From Mytilus californianus (taxonomy: Eukaryota): a DNA stretch of 64,000 bases. The position numbers and the translations under genes were made by a program. Each line of letters begins with the position of its first letter. The stretch's first letter is position 1. Below are positions 27,990 to 40,414 of the stretch, piece after piece. Below the pieces are notes generated by a model that worked only from the letters and a program-made list of their open reading frames with translations, made no database searches and was not told the DNA's origin. The stretch spans positions 39,960,487 to 40,024,486 of the forward strand of contig NW_026262734.1 of NCBI RefSeq assembly GCF_021869535.1, written 5' to 3'.

Positions 27990-28037
27990 CCTTAATAATT
28001 TGATTTTGGATGTAACGCGTCTTCTGATTGGCTGACA
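27990..28037 (-). CDS. Hypothetical first coding exon of the exonuclease gene (MSANQKTRYIQNQIIK), joined to 27942 by a 47-nt intron (donor AAG|GTATAA)
   Basis: ATG with A at -3 (aaaacaATGt). Phase-0 junction reads ...QIIK|HKKTFQQ. The exon lies inside the arm of the hairpin MITE copy (contains CCAATCAG). Confidence 0.3.
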
Positions 28038-28300
28038 TTGTTTTGTTTATCAGCTCATAGACATAATTTTGTCATGTGACCGTGACGTCATCAACATTTT
28101 TTCATGATTTACTCCGGTTTAAAATGGAATTTAGAACTAAATTATAAGAAATGACTGTAATATTTTTTCTGTCTATTCGAAATAACATAAAAAATGTGGT
28201 GCACACTTTAAAATAAACCACTACGCGAGTTATTCAGTGTGCACCACATTTTTGATGTTATTTCTTCATAGACAGAAAAAATATTACAGTCATTCCTTAA
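28020..28300 (-). mobile_element. Second copy (reverse orientation) of the hairpin MITE seen at 14950-15260. The arm holds TGACGTCA (CRE-like) and GCCAATCAG
   Basis: Reverse-complement similarity to 14950-15260. ~60-bp hairpin at 28130-28290. Confidence 0.6.
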
Positions 28301-30599
28301 TTGTGTTGTTACATGTACATTGTAAAATAAAGGGAATATAACTCTTTATAACCATATTTTTCTTTTGAAATGTCATCATCTTGTTTTCTCTCTATTTTTG
28401 GCCAAATTGCAATTCATATTGTCTTTGGCAATTTATATTATAGTTTACAGATTTAACAATTTAACATAATTCATGTAAGTTTCACCATGTCCCTGTGCTT
28501 ATTAATATGTTGGTCTTCTAGTCCAGTCAAACTAATTGCAACAGAAAATGTTTAAGTTCTAATCTATAGCATTAAGCCCTAAATATACACAGAAAAAAGT
28601 CCCATAAAATCTAACTTGAGGAAAACTCAAAATCAGCATTTTTTAAAATTTCCTATGGAAATTAGCATTGGAAGGGGAGATAACTCCACAAAAATGAGTC
28701 TTCTTTTGTCAGTTTTTGGTTGATTTTTATCAAAATTTATGTAAAGGATGATACTTAGATGGGGTTATAAGTTTATATTTGACTATATTATATAATCTTC
28801 TGCTCATGAAATGTACAAAACCGAAGTGTTATGGGTATTTTTATTTTTTTTGGTGCATTTTTCATTAAAGAAATTGCAAATTTGTTGCTTTGTGACCATT
28901 TTGAAAAAAAATGTGAAAATTTGGTATTGTTTATATCTGTATATTATATTTGTTCAGCATCTACCTTGTTTAAAGAAAATTTAATCAACAAAAAGAAGAA
29001 TGAATGCTGAATTATTTTTATCAAATTTGATATTCTTTACCTTGACATGTTGAAAAATTCAATAAATGGTCAACTAATGAATTATGAAATCTAGATTGTA
29101 GCTTGATAAAAGATATGAAAACACCTTTAGAGTTGTTTGTTATACTCTAAAGACGGCTAAAATATCAAGAATCAATACATTTTGTTGAATAGAAGCGGTA
29201 AAGTTATAATTTTTTATCAATTTTCATTGATATTTCTGCCTTTTTTGCAGACTTATCTCCCTTTTCAATGCAAATCTCCATAGGAATTTTAAATCGTGAT
29301 TTTTTTAGTCTTCCTTTAGTAAGATTTTATGGGACTTTTTTCTGTGTATATTTTGGGTATAATGCTGAAGATAAAAACTTAAAAATCTTCAGTTGCAATT
29401 ACTTTAAGGTTAGGGTCAAATTTATGCTAGATTGACTGGACTATCCTGTATTTTTAAAGTTGTGGTGTAATTATTCTTGAGATAACTTCTCTTATATATG
29501 CCACATCATGCTTTCAATTGTAAGGTAGTTAATATACTAAAATCTAAATAAGACACACACCACCTATTCTTGGCCCTCGTTCCTATCCACATTGAAATTT
29601 TCACTTCAAAACATTTCATGGAAGCGAGATCAATAGACCTGTATTTATACAGGAGGGGGTACTGCACTGGTTAATAGAATTTTGGATACACCTAACAAGG
29701 CACTTCATATCTGAGAAACAGGCTAAATATGCCTCCAATTTTAGAATTCAATCATATATTTCTGTATTATTAAAAATTATCACTAAATTGCAGTGAGATG
29801 AGACTTATATATTTCTTCCTGTTGAGGCTTTAATGTGACTTTGAGATGAAGAACCTCAATAAAAGAGCTGTTCCTTTTCTTTTTGTGTGTTTTTTGTTGT
29901 ACATGTACTGGATACCCCATATCCTTTGTTTTTTCTGTTATATGGCTGTCACTAAATTGACTAATTATATGCCATGAAGTTTTACCTTTCTTTTAAATCT
30001 GTCACGTTTGAAATGAACTGAGGAGCTATTCTTCTTTTGCCAGAGTCTCTTTCTGTCAATCCTCTGTCCAACTCTAACAGTAATTGTGCCTGGTGACAGC
30101 AATGCTTTCTTGTTAACCTAAAACAAGGTAAACTAGTGAGAAATGTTTTAGATGACAAAAATCATAAACCTTCCCTTTAAATTCTATATTCGACCTTTGG
30201 ATAAGGTCACATGAAGGTCAACCACACACTGCTTTATATTCAAACAATTAAAAACCAAATTAACATCATTTATGGTGTGGACAAGTATTGCTGAGAAAAA
30301 GTTGATTAAAAAAATACAATTAAGTCCAATTTGAACTTGATCACCTTTGTAAGGTCATTCACCTTTGTATATAATTTGACAACAAGAGGCTGTCAGAGTG
30401 ACAGCAAACCGGATTTTCCTGCAGAGGTCGAACCCTGAACAGTTGAGCAAGTATGGACACTACATTTAAGCTTAAAACAGCTCTGAATTTGGATTGTGAT
30501 TGAATATTTGACACAGCATAGGTTTGTGACACAAATTGAATGTGGTTTAAGAACTGAAATACTTGAAATTGGACATTTAAATACCTATTATGGTCAAAT

Positions 30600-31350
30600 A
30601 GCAAAAATCTAAGTACATATTAGAATCAGCATATCAAAGAACCCCAAGAATTCAATTTTTGATGAAATCAGACAAAAGTTTAATTTAAGACCCTTTGGAC
30701 CTCAATGTGGACCAACTTGATAAAGGAGCCCACAATCCAAAATCTCTCAATACATGTTAGATTCAGCATTTCAAAGAACCCCATAAATAATTTTTTTGTT
30801 GAATCAAACAAAGTTTAATTTTGGACCCTGATTTGGACCAACTTGAAAACTGGGCCCAAAAATCTAATATTTAAATACAGGTTTAGATTCAGCATTTGAA
30901 AGAACCCTATATATATTTAATTTGTGTTGAAATGAAACACAGGTTAATTTTATCCATAATATTTTCTGTGCAAAGGGAAATAACTCAAACTGGATAAATA
31001 GTTCTCTAAAATAAGATATGATGCAATTTTTCAAATTATAACCAATAATATAATAACAACAACCAGTGATGACTAAGTTCTCTAAAATTAGATATCATTT
31101 ATCACTCAAACATTGCTAGAATCAGCATATCAAAGAACCAAAGAATTCAATTTTTGATGAAATTAATCAAAAGTGTAATTTAGGACCCTTTGGACCTCAA
31201 TGTGGTATTATCTTATTAATAATGAAAAGAAATACAGGTTTAGATTAAGCATTTCAAAGAACCCTATATGTATTCAATTTATGTTGAAATCAAACACAGT
31301 TTAATTTTGGACCCTAATTTGGACCAACTTGAAAACTGGGCCCAAAATCA
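30600..31350. repeat. ~140-bp satellite (unit ...agaaccccaagaattcaatttttgatgaaatcaaacaaagtttaattttggaccctttggacctcaatgtggaccaacttga...)
   Basis: About 5 units. Same family at 48150-48540, 58860-59100 and 60880-61900. Flanking unique segment 30380-30600 is the reverse complement of 61880-62040. Confidence 0.8.
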
Positions 31351-31739
31351 GAAATCTAAATATATGTTTATTAATAGACAATAAAAGCTTAGTTTTTAAA
31401 GGAGTTTACTCCATCAAAAAAAAAATATATATAGCATTCAGAAAATGTTTTTTACAGAATAACAAACAAACTTGCCACAAAATTCTACAAACAATTTACC
31501 AAAGAAAAGAAGAAAAAAATCCAAAATTTTATTTATCATTAATACAATTTCATTTCAAAATCTATAAAACTTATCAGTAACAAGAAATAATTGTAACAGA
31601 ATGCTGTTACGAAGTATCCCAAACAAAGCTCCAATAATTCGTCATTCCCATTGTCCCTTGACATTGGGCAATGTCCAGTACAAATTGGTTTATGATATGC
31701 ATTAGTGACGCCTATGGATTGACCCTGTATGTCATTCAA

Positions 31740-32800
31740 ATCTTCTTGAAATTAAGAACAGGAATTTATTTTTTATGGTTTAGGGGTGGAGATCTCGACC
31801 GTTTACAAGTTCATATATGGTTTAGGGGTAGGGATCTTGACCATTTACAAGTTCTTAAACAGGAGGGGGTGGGGGTGACCCCAGGGGACTCGCCTTATAT
31901 TTCATTTGATTTGTTTTATTGTCCCATTCAAGAATATATATGGTTTAGGGGTGGGGATCTCAACGGTTTACAAGTTCTTAAACAGGATGGGGTGGGGTGA
32001 CCCCAGGGGACTCGCCTTTTATTTCATTAGATTTGTTTTATTGTCCCATTCAAGAATATATATGGTTTCGGGGTGGGGATCTCGACTGTTTACAAGTTAT
32101 CAAAAAGAAGGGGGGTGGGGGTGACCCCCATGGACTTCCCCTATATATCATTTGATTTGTTTTATTGTCCAATTCTAGAATATATATGGTTTAGGGGTAG
32201 GGATCTTGACCATTTACAAGTTCTTAAACAGGAGTGGGTGGGGGTGACCCCAGGGGACTCGCCTTATATTTCATTTGATTTGTTTTATTGTCCCATTCAA
32301 GAATATATATGGTTTCGGGGTGGGGATCTTGACCGTTTACAAGTTTTCAAAAAGAAGGGGGTGGGGGTTTCCGCATGGGGATCTTGACCGTTTACAAGTT
32401 TTCAAAAAGATAGGGGTGAGGGTTACCCCAGGGGATTTCATCTCAATTTCATTTGATTTGTTTTATTGTCCCATTCAAGAATATATATGGTTTAGGGGTG
32501 GGGATCTCGACTATTAACAAGTTATCAAAAAGAAGGGGGGTGGGGGTGACCCCCATGGACTTCAACTATATATCATTTGATTTGTTTTATTTTCCCATTC
32601 AAGAATATATATGGTTTAGGGGTGGGGATCTCGACGGTTTACAAGTTCTTAAACAGGATGGGGTGGGGTGACCCCAGGGGACTCGCCTTTTATTTCATTT
32701 GATTTGTTTTATTGTCCCATACAAGAATATATATGGTTTAGGGGTGGGGATATCAACCGTTTACAAGATAAAAGCACATTCTCAAATTGAAGGGGGGTGG
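31740..32800. repeat. ~185-bp satellite (ggtttaggggtggggatctcgaccgtttacaagttcttaaacagga...ggtgaccccaggggactcgcc...), ~6 units
   Basis: Direct reading. The six-frame ORFs at 31671-32671 are periodic artefacts of this array. Confidence 0.85.
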
Positions 32801-34120
32801 GGGTAAGAATATATATGGTTCAGGGATACTTAATTATCTACAAAATGTCTAATAATGAACAGTAAATTTCAAATTTCATTTATACAGTCCTACTAGTAAA
32901 TTTCAAACTTTATATATACAGTCCTACAGATCTTATCAGGAAACAGAAAATTTTCAAATAAATCTGTCACTCCAATGATATTATATGTTAAGATATAACC
33001 CAGATCTAATTAATAATTAATAATGTAATTAACTTCAAAATGTCTAATAATATAGCTTATCATCATTACCACTTAGGAAATAGATAATTTTCAAATAAAT
33101 CTGTCACTCCAATTTTTATTGTGAGATAAGACATTATGCTTAGTCATAAAAAAGATAACAAGAGTAAAATATTTAAAAATTCCACTTTTGGATATTAAAA
33201 ATGGCTAAAACACAAAGGAGATATACTTATATCTTGAAAATTGAACTAGACCTTCATTAAGTCCCAGGAAACAACATATTTAAATTTGAAAAAAATTTGT
33301 AAAAGCGTTTTCATGTTATTGTGCTGACACTGTTTGGCAGCCGCCCGTAGGCCCGCCCAGCCGCCCGCCATACATCACCATTTTAATAACCAATAATTCC
33401 TTCCAAAATCAGGTTAAAAATCACTGTGTCAGTTTTCAAATTATTGTTTAGAAACCTAAAATGACAGGTCACAAACATTATACTATGTTTATGTTACATG
33501 GGGTAAAATAAAACAGGAAATACACAGTATTTATAATATATAAGCTGTAACACAATACCTTGTTAACCCAGGTATAACCTTCATTCTTCTGAAGAACTGC
33601 AGCTGAAACTCTTGCTTTTAATGAGCTGGTTCCACCATATGATCTACAAAAAGAAATTTCACAGTTAATATTGTAAAGCAGCTGTCAGAAGATTAAACTA
33701 GCTAAAATTATTATAAAACTGTTTCAGGGGGAATAACTGTTCAAACATTTTTGAATTGTTCACTTTTGTTTCATAAGATCTCATATTAGTTTTTAAAATT
33801 TTGAAATTATATCTTTAAAAGTTTTGGAGTTGAATCACAATACCTTTGCCACCTGTCGTCTCCTAGGCCTGCCCCCCTCATATCAAAAATTTAATTTTAT
33901 AAAGTGAAACTTAAATTCATGTTAAACTGTTTGCACTGTTGGTTATTTTTTTGTTAATACAGTGATATCAAAATGAAGGATTGTTTTTTAAGAATATGTT
34001 AATGATCATAGTTTAAAAAAGAATTCTGCTAAGTCAGTTTTCAGAGAAAAAAATTCTGAAATAGTCAATTTTCTAATGACAGATAAACAGCAATCATCTC
34101 CCTTTGAAATTGAAAGAATT

Positions 34121-34394
34121 CTATTTTGTATTGCTATGTTTATAATCATTTTCTTTGTGTTTGATGTTGGAATCATTTTGGGATGTTACTGAAAGGTTAT
34201 AATCAATGTTTTTAGTTACTGACCTATTTTTTGGAGCCTTGCTTGCAACTATATTGTTGAAGTTTTCATTGCTCTGTGTTGAGCCTAAATCTACAAGTTG
34301 GCTTGATCTTTTCTTGTAATTTTCTGTCACTGTCTCTAACTGCTTACGCAGGTTCTCATTTGTCAATGGTTCACCTTTTGGGAGATGTTTATAT
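34121..34394 (-). CDS. Transposase-like gene candidate terminal exon: (R)YKHLPKGEPLTNENLRKQLETVTENYKKRSSQLVDLGSTQSNENFNNIVASKAPKNRSV...*. Contains an SQSxxxNxxEN-like catalytic Glu block
   Basis: Acceptor catttcag| at 34395-97. Phase compatible with the 35499 donor. Stop at 34121. Confidence 0.35.
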
Positions 34395-34559
34395 CTGAAA
34401 TGATATCAAAGAAAATAGTTGAAATGTCATACATTATATGAATGTTGATTTATGGCAATGTTTCAAATTGATCTATACTGTACAATTTTATTTACCTGTC
34501 CATTTAGTTAAATAGCTTGCTTGAATATTCCTAAAGAGGACGAACTGTGTTATTCATTT

Positions 34560-35075
34560 TGTATTGTAATGCATTTTTTTTTATAACAAGGATTTTGATT
34601 GGACAACATCGCATATCTTCAGGGGGTAAAACTGATGATGTACCTGTTGGATGAAATTTTTTGCGCTGTGCCAGATGACATTTCCAAAATATAAAAACAA
34701 CAAGAATGTGTCCCAAGTACATGGATGCCCCATCCGCACTATCATTTTCTATGTTCAGTGGACCGTAAAAATGGGACAAAATCTCTAATTTGGCATTAAA
34801 ATTAGAAGGATCATATCATAGGGAACATGTGTACTAAGTTTCAAGTTGATTGGACTTCATCAAAAACTACCTCAACCAAACACTTTAACCTGAAGCGGGA
34901 CAGCCGAAAGGACGAACGGACGGACGAACGAACCGACATATGGACGAACGGACGCACAGACAGACCAGAAAACATAATGCCCATAAATGGGGCATAAAAA
35001 TTTATTGAGAAAATAAGACTTGTGCATAACAATAACTGTGTTGTATTTGAATATTTGCTGATGGTTTTATCTTGC
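34560..35075 (+). mobile_element. SINE/MITE-like repeat ending ...gacgaacggacg.acagacagacc...aatgcccataaatggggcataaaaa (hairpin tail). Related to the 170-bp satellite elements
   Basis: The tail motif (GACGNACGGACG)n + ATGCCC..GGGCAT hairpin is shared with 56290-56375 and, reverse-complemented, 1640-1690. Confidence 0.5.
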
Positions 35076-35498
35076 ATTTTTTAGTCACCCGAAAACTCAT
35101 TTGGTGATAGTAACATCACAGATGGAATAGTCCATTGGCAAGTATTCAAATACAACACAATTATTGTTCAATTCCAGGAAAAAATGTTCTTCAATTAACC
35201 ATTACAAGTCTTTTTATTGTCTGTAAATTATTTTGGTACTAATGATCCTATAATTGTATTTACCTGGAGAAAAACCTTTTGTTTTTGTTTGTTTTATAGA
35301 ATGAGAGGATGTACTTGTTTTATTGTATATTGTTTTTTTTTTCTGCATTTATATGACAAAACTGGTTGTCAGCATTTAAAATAGCAATAACAGCTCCCAA
35401 ACTTAACTTTTGTTCTGGCATATATCACTCGTAATAAAAATTAAAAAAAAACGTTCATATATATGTATAACATCCTTCAAATTTAAAAAAATTCAAAC

Positions 35499-35898
35499 CT
35501 GTATGTTGATGGTTGCTTGGAATATGTGCACCAATCCCCAGAACAGCCTGAATGGTCTCCAAAGAGGTGTGGAACTATACTGTCTAATCTTTCACAAAGT
35601 TCATTCTCCTTTGACTGTTTTGAACTTATAGCATACATATAGCATCTAAGTATGTAAGGAATAACTCCTTTCCCCTTCAGCCCTCTGTACTTATTTGCTG
35701 CTGCATACAGTTGTTTCGACAGATTTTTCTTGACATGGTTCTTGTCGTCTCTTTTTTTAATTTTTTCAAATTTTTGCTTCAGCCTTGATGTTGTTGTAGA
35801 GTCATTATCTGCGTGAATAATGCCAACTGTGCACCCTCTGTCGTCCATCCTTGTAACCATGGATAAAGCCATGTCAGGCTCCATGCCTTTACTTGACC
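35499..35898 (-). CDS. Transposase-like gene exon 4: (G)[48 protein letters not shown]...[23 protein letters not shown]. Holds the DNDxxxTSxLxxxF block. The frame alternatively runs to a stop at 35483
   Basis: Acceptor ttttttgttacag| at 35899-901. 132 open codons in AT-rich DNA. Weak donor AG|GTTTGA at 35498. Confidence 0.45.
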
Positions 35899-36039
35899 CT
35901 GTAACAAAAAAGGACATTGTAATTAATACAATTAATTACGTGAGAACTGTTTTGGATGACTGAAACATATTTCATCTCCCTTCTTATAACTTACACAAGA
36001 GTGCACACACTGAAATGTCTCGCCTTCTTTACTAATCAT

Positions 36040-37330
36040 TGATATTATGTTGATAGTCCTAAATATAAAGCTTTATTACAACTGTCACATAAACTTAACA
36101 TTAACCAAGTAAACTAAACATTGACCAATGAACCATGAAAATGAGGTCAAGGTCAGATGAACCATGCTAGGCAGGCATGTACAGCTAACAGTTCTTCCAT
36201 ACAACAAATATAGTTGACCTATTGCTTATAGTTTAAGAAAAACAGACCAAAACACAAAAACTTAACACTGAGCAATGAACCTTGAAAATGAGGTCAAGGT
36301 CAAATAAAACCTGCGTGACTGCCAAATAGATCATAAAATATTTCCATACACCAAATATAGTTGAACTATTGCATATAGTATTAGAAAAAAAGACCAAAAC
36401 TCAAAAAACTTAACTTTGACCACTGAACCATGAAAATGAGGTCAAGGTCAGATGACACCTGCCCGCTAGACATGTACACCTTACAATCATTCCATACACC
36501 AAATATAGTAGACCTATGGCATACAGTATAAGAAAAACAGACCAAAACACAAAAACTTAACTATAACCACTGAACCATGAAAATGAGGTCAAGGTCAGAT
36601 GACACCTGCCAGTTGGACATGTACACCTTACAGTCCTTCCATACACCGAATATACTAGACCTATTGCTTATAGTATCTGAGATATGGACTTGACCACCAA
36701 AACTTAACCTTGTTCATTGATCCATGAAATGAGGTCGAGGTCAAGTGAAAACTGTCTGACGGGCATGAGGACCTTGCAAGGTACGCACATACCAAATGTA
36801 GTTGAACTATTGCATATAGTATAAGAAAAAAAGACCAAAACTCAAAAACTTAACTTTGACCACTGAACCATGAAAATGAGGTCAAGGTCAGATGACACCT
36901 GCCCGCTAGACATGTACACCTTACAATCATTCCATAATCCAAATATAGTAGACCTATGGCATACAGTATAAGAAAAACAGACCAAAACACAAAAACTTAA
37001 CTATAACCACTGAACCATGAAAATGAGGTCAAGGTCAGATGACACCTGCCAGTTGGACATGTACACCTTACAGTCCTTCCATACACCGAATATACTAGAC
37101 CTATTGCTTATAGTATCTGAGATATGGACTTGACCACCAAAACTTAACCTTGTTCACTGATCCATGAAATGAGGTTGAGGTCAAGTGAAAACTGTCTGAC
37201 GGGCATGAGGAACTTGAAAGGTACGCACATACCAAATATAGTTATCCTATTACTTATAATAAGAGAGAATCTAACATTACAAAAAATCTTAACTTTTTTT
37301 TTTCAAGTAGTCACTGAACCATGAAAATGA
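36040..37330. repeat. ~120-bp satellite, ~11 units (...ccactgaaccatgaaaatgaggtcaaggtcagatgacacctgcc...), with a ~420-bp higher-order duplication (36410-36790 / 36830-37210). Every unit contains AGGTCAAGGTCA
   Basis: Direct reading. Lies in the intron between transposase-like exons 3 and 4. Confidence 0.85.
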
Positions 37331-39352
37331 GGTCAAGGACATTGGACATGTGACTGACGGAAAATTCGTAACATAAGGCATCCATATACAAAGTATGAAG
37401 CATCCAGACCTTCCACCTTCTAAAATATAAAGCTTTTAAGAAGTTAGCTAACGCCGCCGCCGCCGGATCACTATCCCTATGTCGAGCTTTCTGCGACAAA
37501 AGTCGCAGGCTCGACAAAAACTAAATTATTTGACATTGTAGTCTAAGAATAAGGTAATTTAAAGGTCATGGTGGTACACAACACACATACTTGATTTGTA
37601 AGTGCATAGCCATAAGGCGGTGTTATGACTATGCAATCATAAACCAAATATCATTGTCCTTTTTTCAAGGACCAAAACAAAAAGTTATGTTTTTGTAACT
37701 GTAATAATTAAAACTAGACTCATTGAGATGGAAGCCATCTCTGTGGGCCTCGCTGTGAATAATGTGTGGAAATTTGTTTGTATCTTTACCATTATGGTCA
37801 TGTGATTGTCAACAGAACCAAAGTTTTTTTACCTTGACCTTTGACCTAGGAAGTTGTACATACATAAAGACACACCCTCTGGTGTTGGTTAATATACATG
37901 TTAAGTATAAACTTTGAAATCATAATGGTTCTGAAGATATAGAGCAGACACAATCTTCACCATAGGACATGGGTTGTCAACTGAAACCCAAGTATGAAAT
38001 CATAATGATTTTCTAGATATAGAGGGGACACAACTTGTTACAGACGGACAGACTGGTCACTATAGGGCAACCTCCATTCGGAAAGATTGCTATAAAAAAT
38101 TAATTGTTACAAATGTATGTGCTAGCTATAGTTACGACTTGTGATATTCTTATTGTTGCCTGGATGACTAATTTGCATAAACTAAAACAGATTGTGGATA
38201 TGGTGACGTTTTCACAGAAGGCTGGATTAACCTTAAATCTTTGGATTTTGATGGAAAAAAACGTTTTAAAAAAATTGTTGTTTGTGTACCTTGCCAATTA
38301 CTGTTGCATTGATGATTTGGAATTGTTTCCTTTCTTCCCAAATGATGCTGGCATATACTGCAAAGTTTAGTTCTTATATCATAGTCTAGAATTTTCCCTG
38401 TCTTTACACCAACTAGACTGGAATGTCCTGAAATATACGAAGTCCGTGTCCTTTTTAGTCACATAAGAAAAGGTCAAAAGCAGTTTCTGATAATTATATT
38501 CAAAATAGAAAAAAAAGGATAATGTTTGCAAATATAACTTAAAAGGTTTATCTATATGACACAGATGTAAATGTGAGTTTTGCTTAGCTTTTTTTGCTGT
38601 TTAGCCACAAGTTACAAATAAACCTAAAAATTCCAATGTCAGGTATCTGTTCCAATATCACAATCTACCTTATTACCAAATTTCATTGAAATAAAATAGT
38701 AGCTGAGAAATGGACCTTTAATTAGGCCATTAGTTTTCTTGTTTGAATTGTTTTACATTGTCATTTCTGGGCCCTAAATAGCTGACAATGTGGTATGGAC
38801 TTTACTCATTGTTGAAGGCTGTACAGTGACCTATAGTTGTTAATTTCTGTGTCATTTGGTCTCTTGTGGAGAGTTGTCTCATTGGCAATCATTATGAATC
38901 ATACCACATCTTCTTTTTTATACTCAACACATTACTATAGGGTAGAATGGCCTACTTTTTAGTGAACCCCAATGTGCAGTACTACTAGTTATTCATATGG
39001 TATATCTATTGATCAAATATCATTGGTCTACCATGTACAGTAGGTGAGATATGGACTTAAACATAAAAACTTAACTTAAATTGGGAATGGAAGGAAAGGA
39101 CAGATATACAGAGGGACAAGGGTAAACCTAAATGTACCTATGATTTTCATAGTTGGAACCTAAATAGTTATTTTGGACGAGTTTATTAATGTGTAAACCT
39201 GACAGAATTAAAGACTAACATGCATATTTTAATTTTTACATAAAGTCCTTCTGACTTGATTCAGTTTATATGCAATTCAGTAACCTAGTGAGCACACATC
39301 AATAAACTCCTCCACTTTTATTTCTATAATATTACTGATGTTGACATGATAC

Positions 39353-39607
39353 CTGTGTTACTGTTATATTGCCAACCAGAGCCTCTTGTTTGCCAGCCAG
39401 CATCAAAACTGCATTCTAATTCATCACTTGGGGAAATAGCTTTTTCTTCTGTACTAGCAGTTTTACAGGAATCAGATGCCTCATCCATAAGTGACAATGC
39501 TATACATTTCTCCTTCTTTTTCAGTGTCTTGGGATCAGGTGGGGGTATGTTACATGTGCTGAGAAAATTCACAACATGATCAGGACCCATTCCAGAGTGC
39601 ATCATTG
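39353..39607 (-). CDS. Transposase-like gene exon 3: (A)[23 protein letters not shown]...[23 protein letters not shown] (candidate first catalytic Asp, Tc1-like DESKF..GSDG)
   Basis: Acceptor tgatttcag|, donor ACAG|GTATCA. Phase compatible (g+ca=Ala). Confidence 0.5.
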
Positions 39608-40295
39608 CTGAAATCATTATGATTTACTATGATTATCAATTTTTACCACCTACATACTGCATATATATATCTTTATCAATTAAATTAAATACAATTCAAT
39701 AATAGAGCTCAGGTGACAATTGATAAAGCTACAACCTAGTGAGCTCACAAAATTCAATGTCAAAGTTCATTATGACATTTTTAATATTCAAGCAGAAATA
39801 CATAGAAATTATAACTTCCTTACTTAAATCAATTTAAGGCCACCTTTAATAAATTATTGGTTTGCTGTTTACCAACTAGTGTGGGTATAAAGATAAGATT
39901 TTTTTTTCTTTTCTGAATGATGCTTAAAACCCTCTTAATTCAAAATAGTGTTATAAAAAAATAAAATAAAATTTTCATCCCAGGAAATGAGAAAATCTTT
40001 TTCTTAGTTTACTTAGGCAAGTTTTAAATTAGAAAGAACAATATATACATCCCCTGCAGTGATTTGTAATAGCTACGCTGTAAGCCATAGACATATTAGC
40101 AATCCTTGGTGTAAGCAACACTGTAAATAATAAATTACACTACATAGTACACAAATTTGAACACCCCATACCCATGTCATGAGTTTGAAAGAAACTACTT
40201 TAAAAAACATTAAACGTGTCAGAATGATAAATAAAATAGAATTAATAATCTAACTTTCCTACTTTTTTTCTTACAATAAAGCTTTTTGCACATAC

Positions 40296-40414
40296 CAAGA
40301 GCAACTTTTGAGTTGATATCAAATGCTCCTTTTTCATTCCGCTTGCCTGTAGATACCAGTTTCATACCAGAGCATATCTGACATACCACCTCCAAAAGAC
40401 TTCCTAAGCCGTAC
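40296..40414 (-). CDS. Transposase-like gene exon 2: (R)YGLGSLLEVVCQICSGMKLVSTGKRNEKGAFDINSKVAL. Completes the C-x2-C...C-x2-C zinc ribbon
   Basis: Acceptor tttttatcttacag|, donor G|GTATGT. Phase compatible with exon 1. Confidence 0.5.

Noticed and set aside
31671-32671. Series of 72-109 aa ORFs (YIWFRGGDLD...LQVLKQ...GVGVTPGDSPYISFDLFYCPIQE)
   Set aside because: They are periodic with the ~185-bp satellite and appear in several frames. They are artefacts of tandem repeats, not genes.
35483-39617. PIF/Harbinger (DDE_Tnp_4) or IS1595/Merlin identity for the transposase-like protein
   Set aside because: Superficial resemblances (DxGxH-like, YN..G, hxD) do not keep the family-specific spacing. 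The DNDxxxTSxLxxxF and SQS..N..EN-like blocks fit Tc1/IS630 better. The question is left open pending profile searches.
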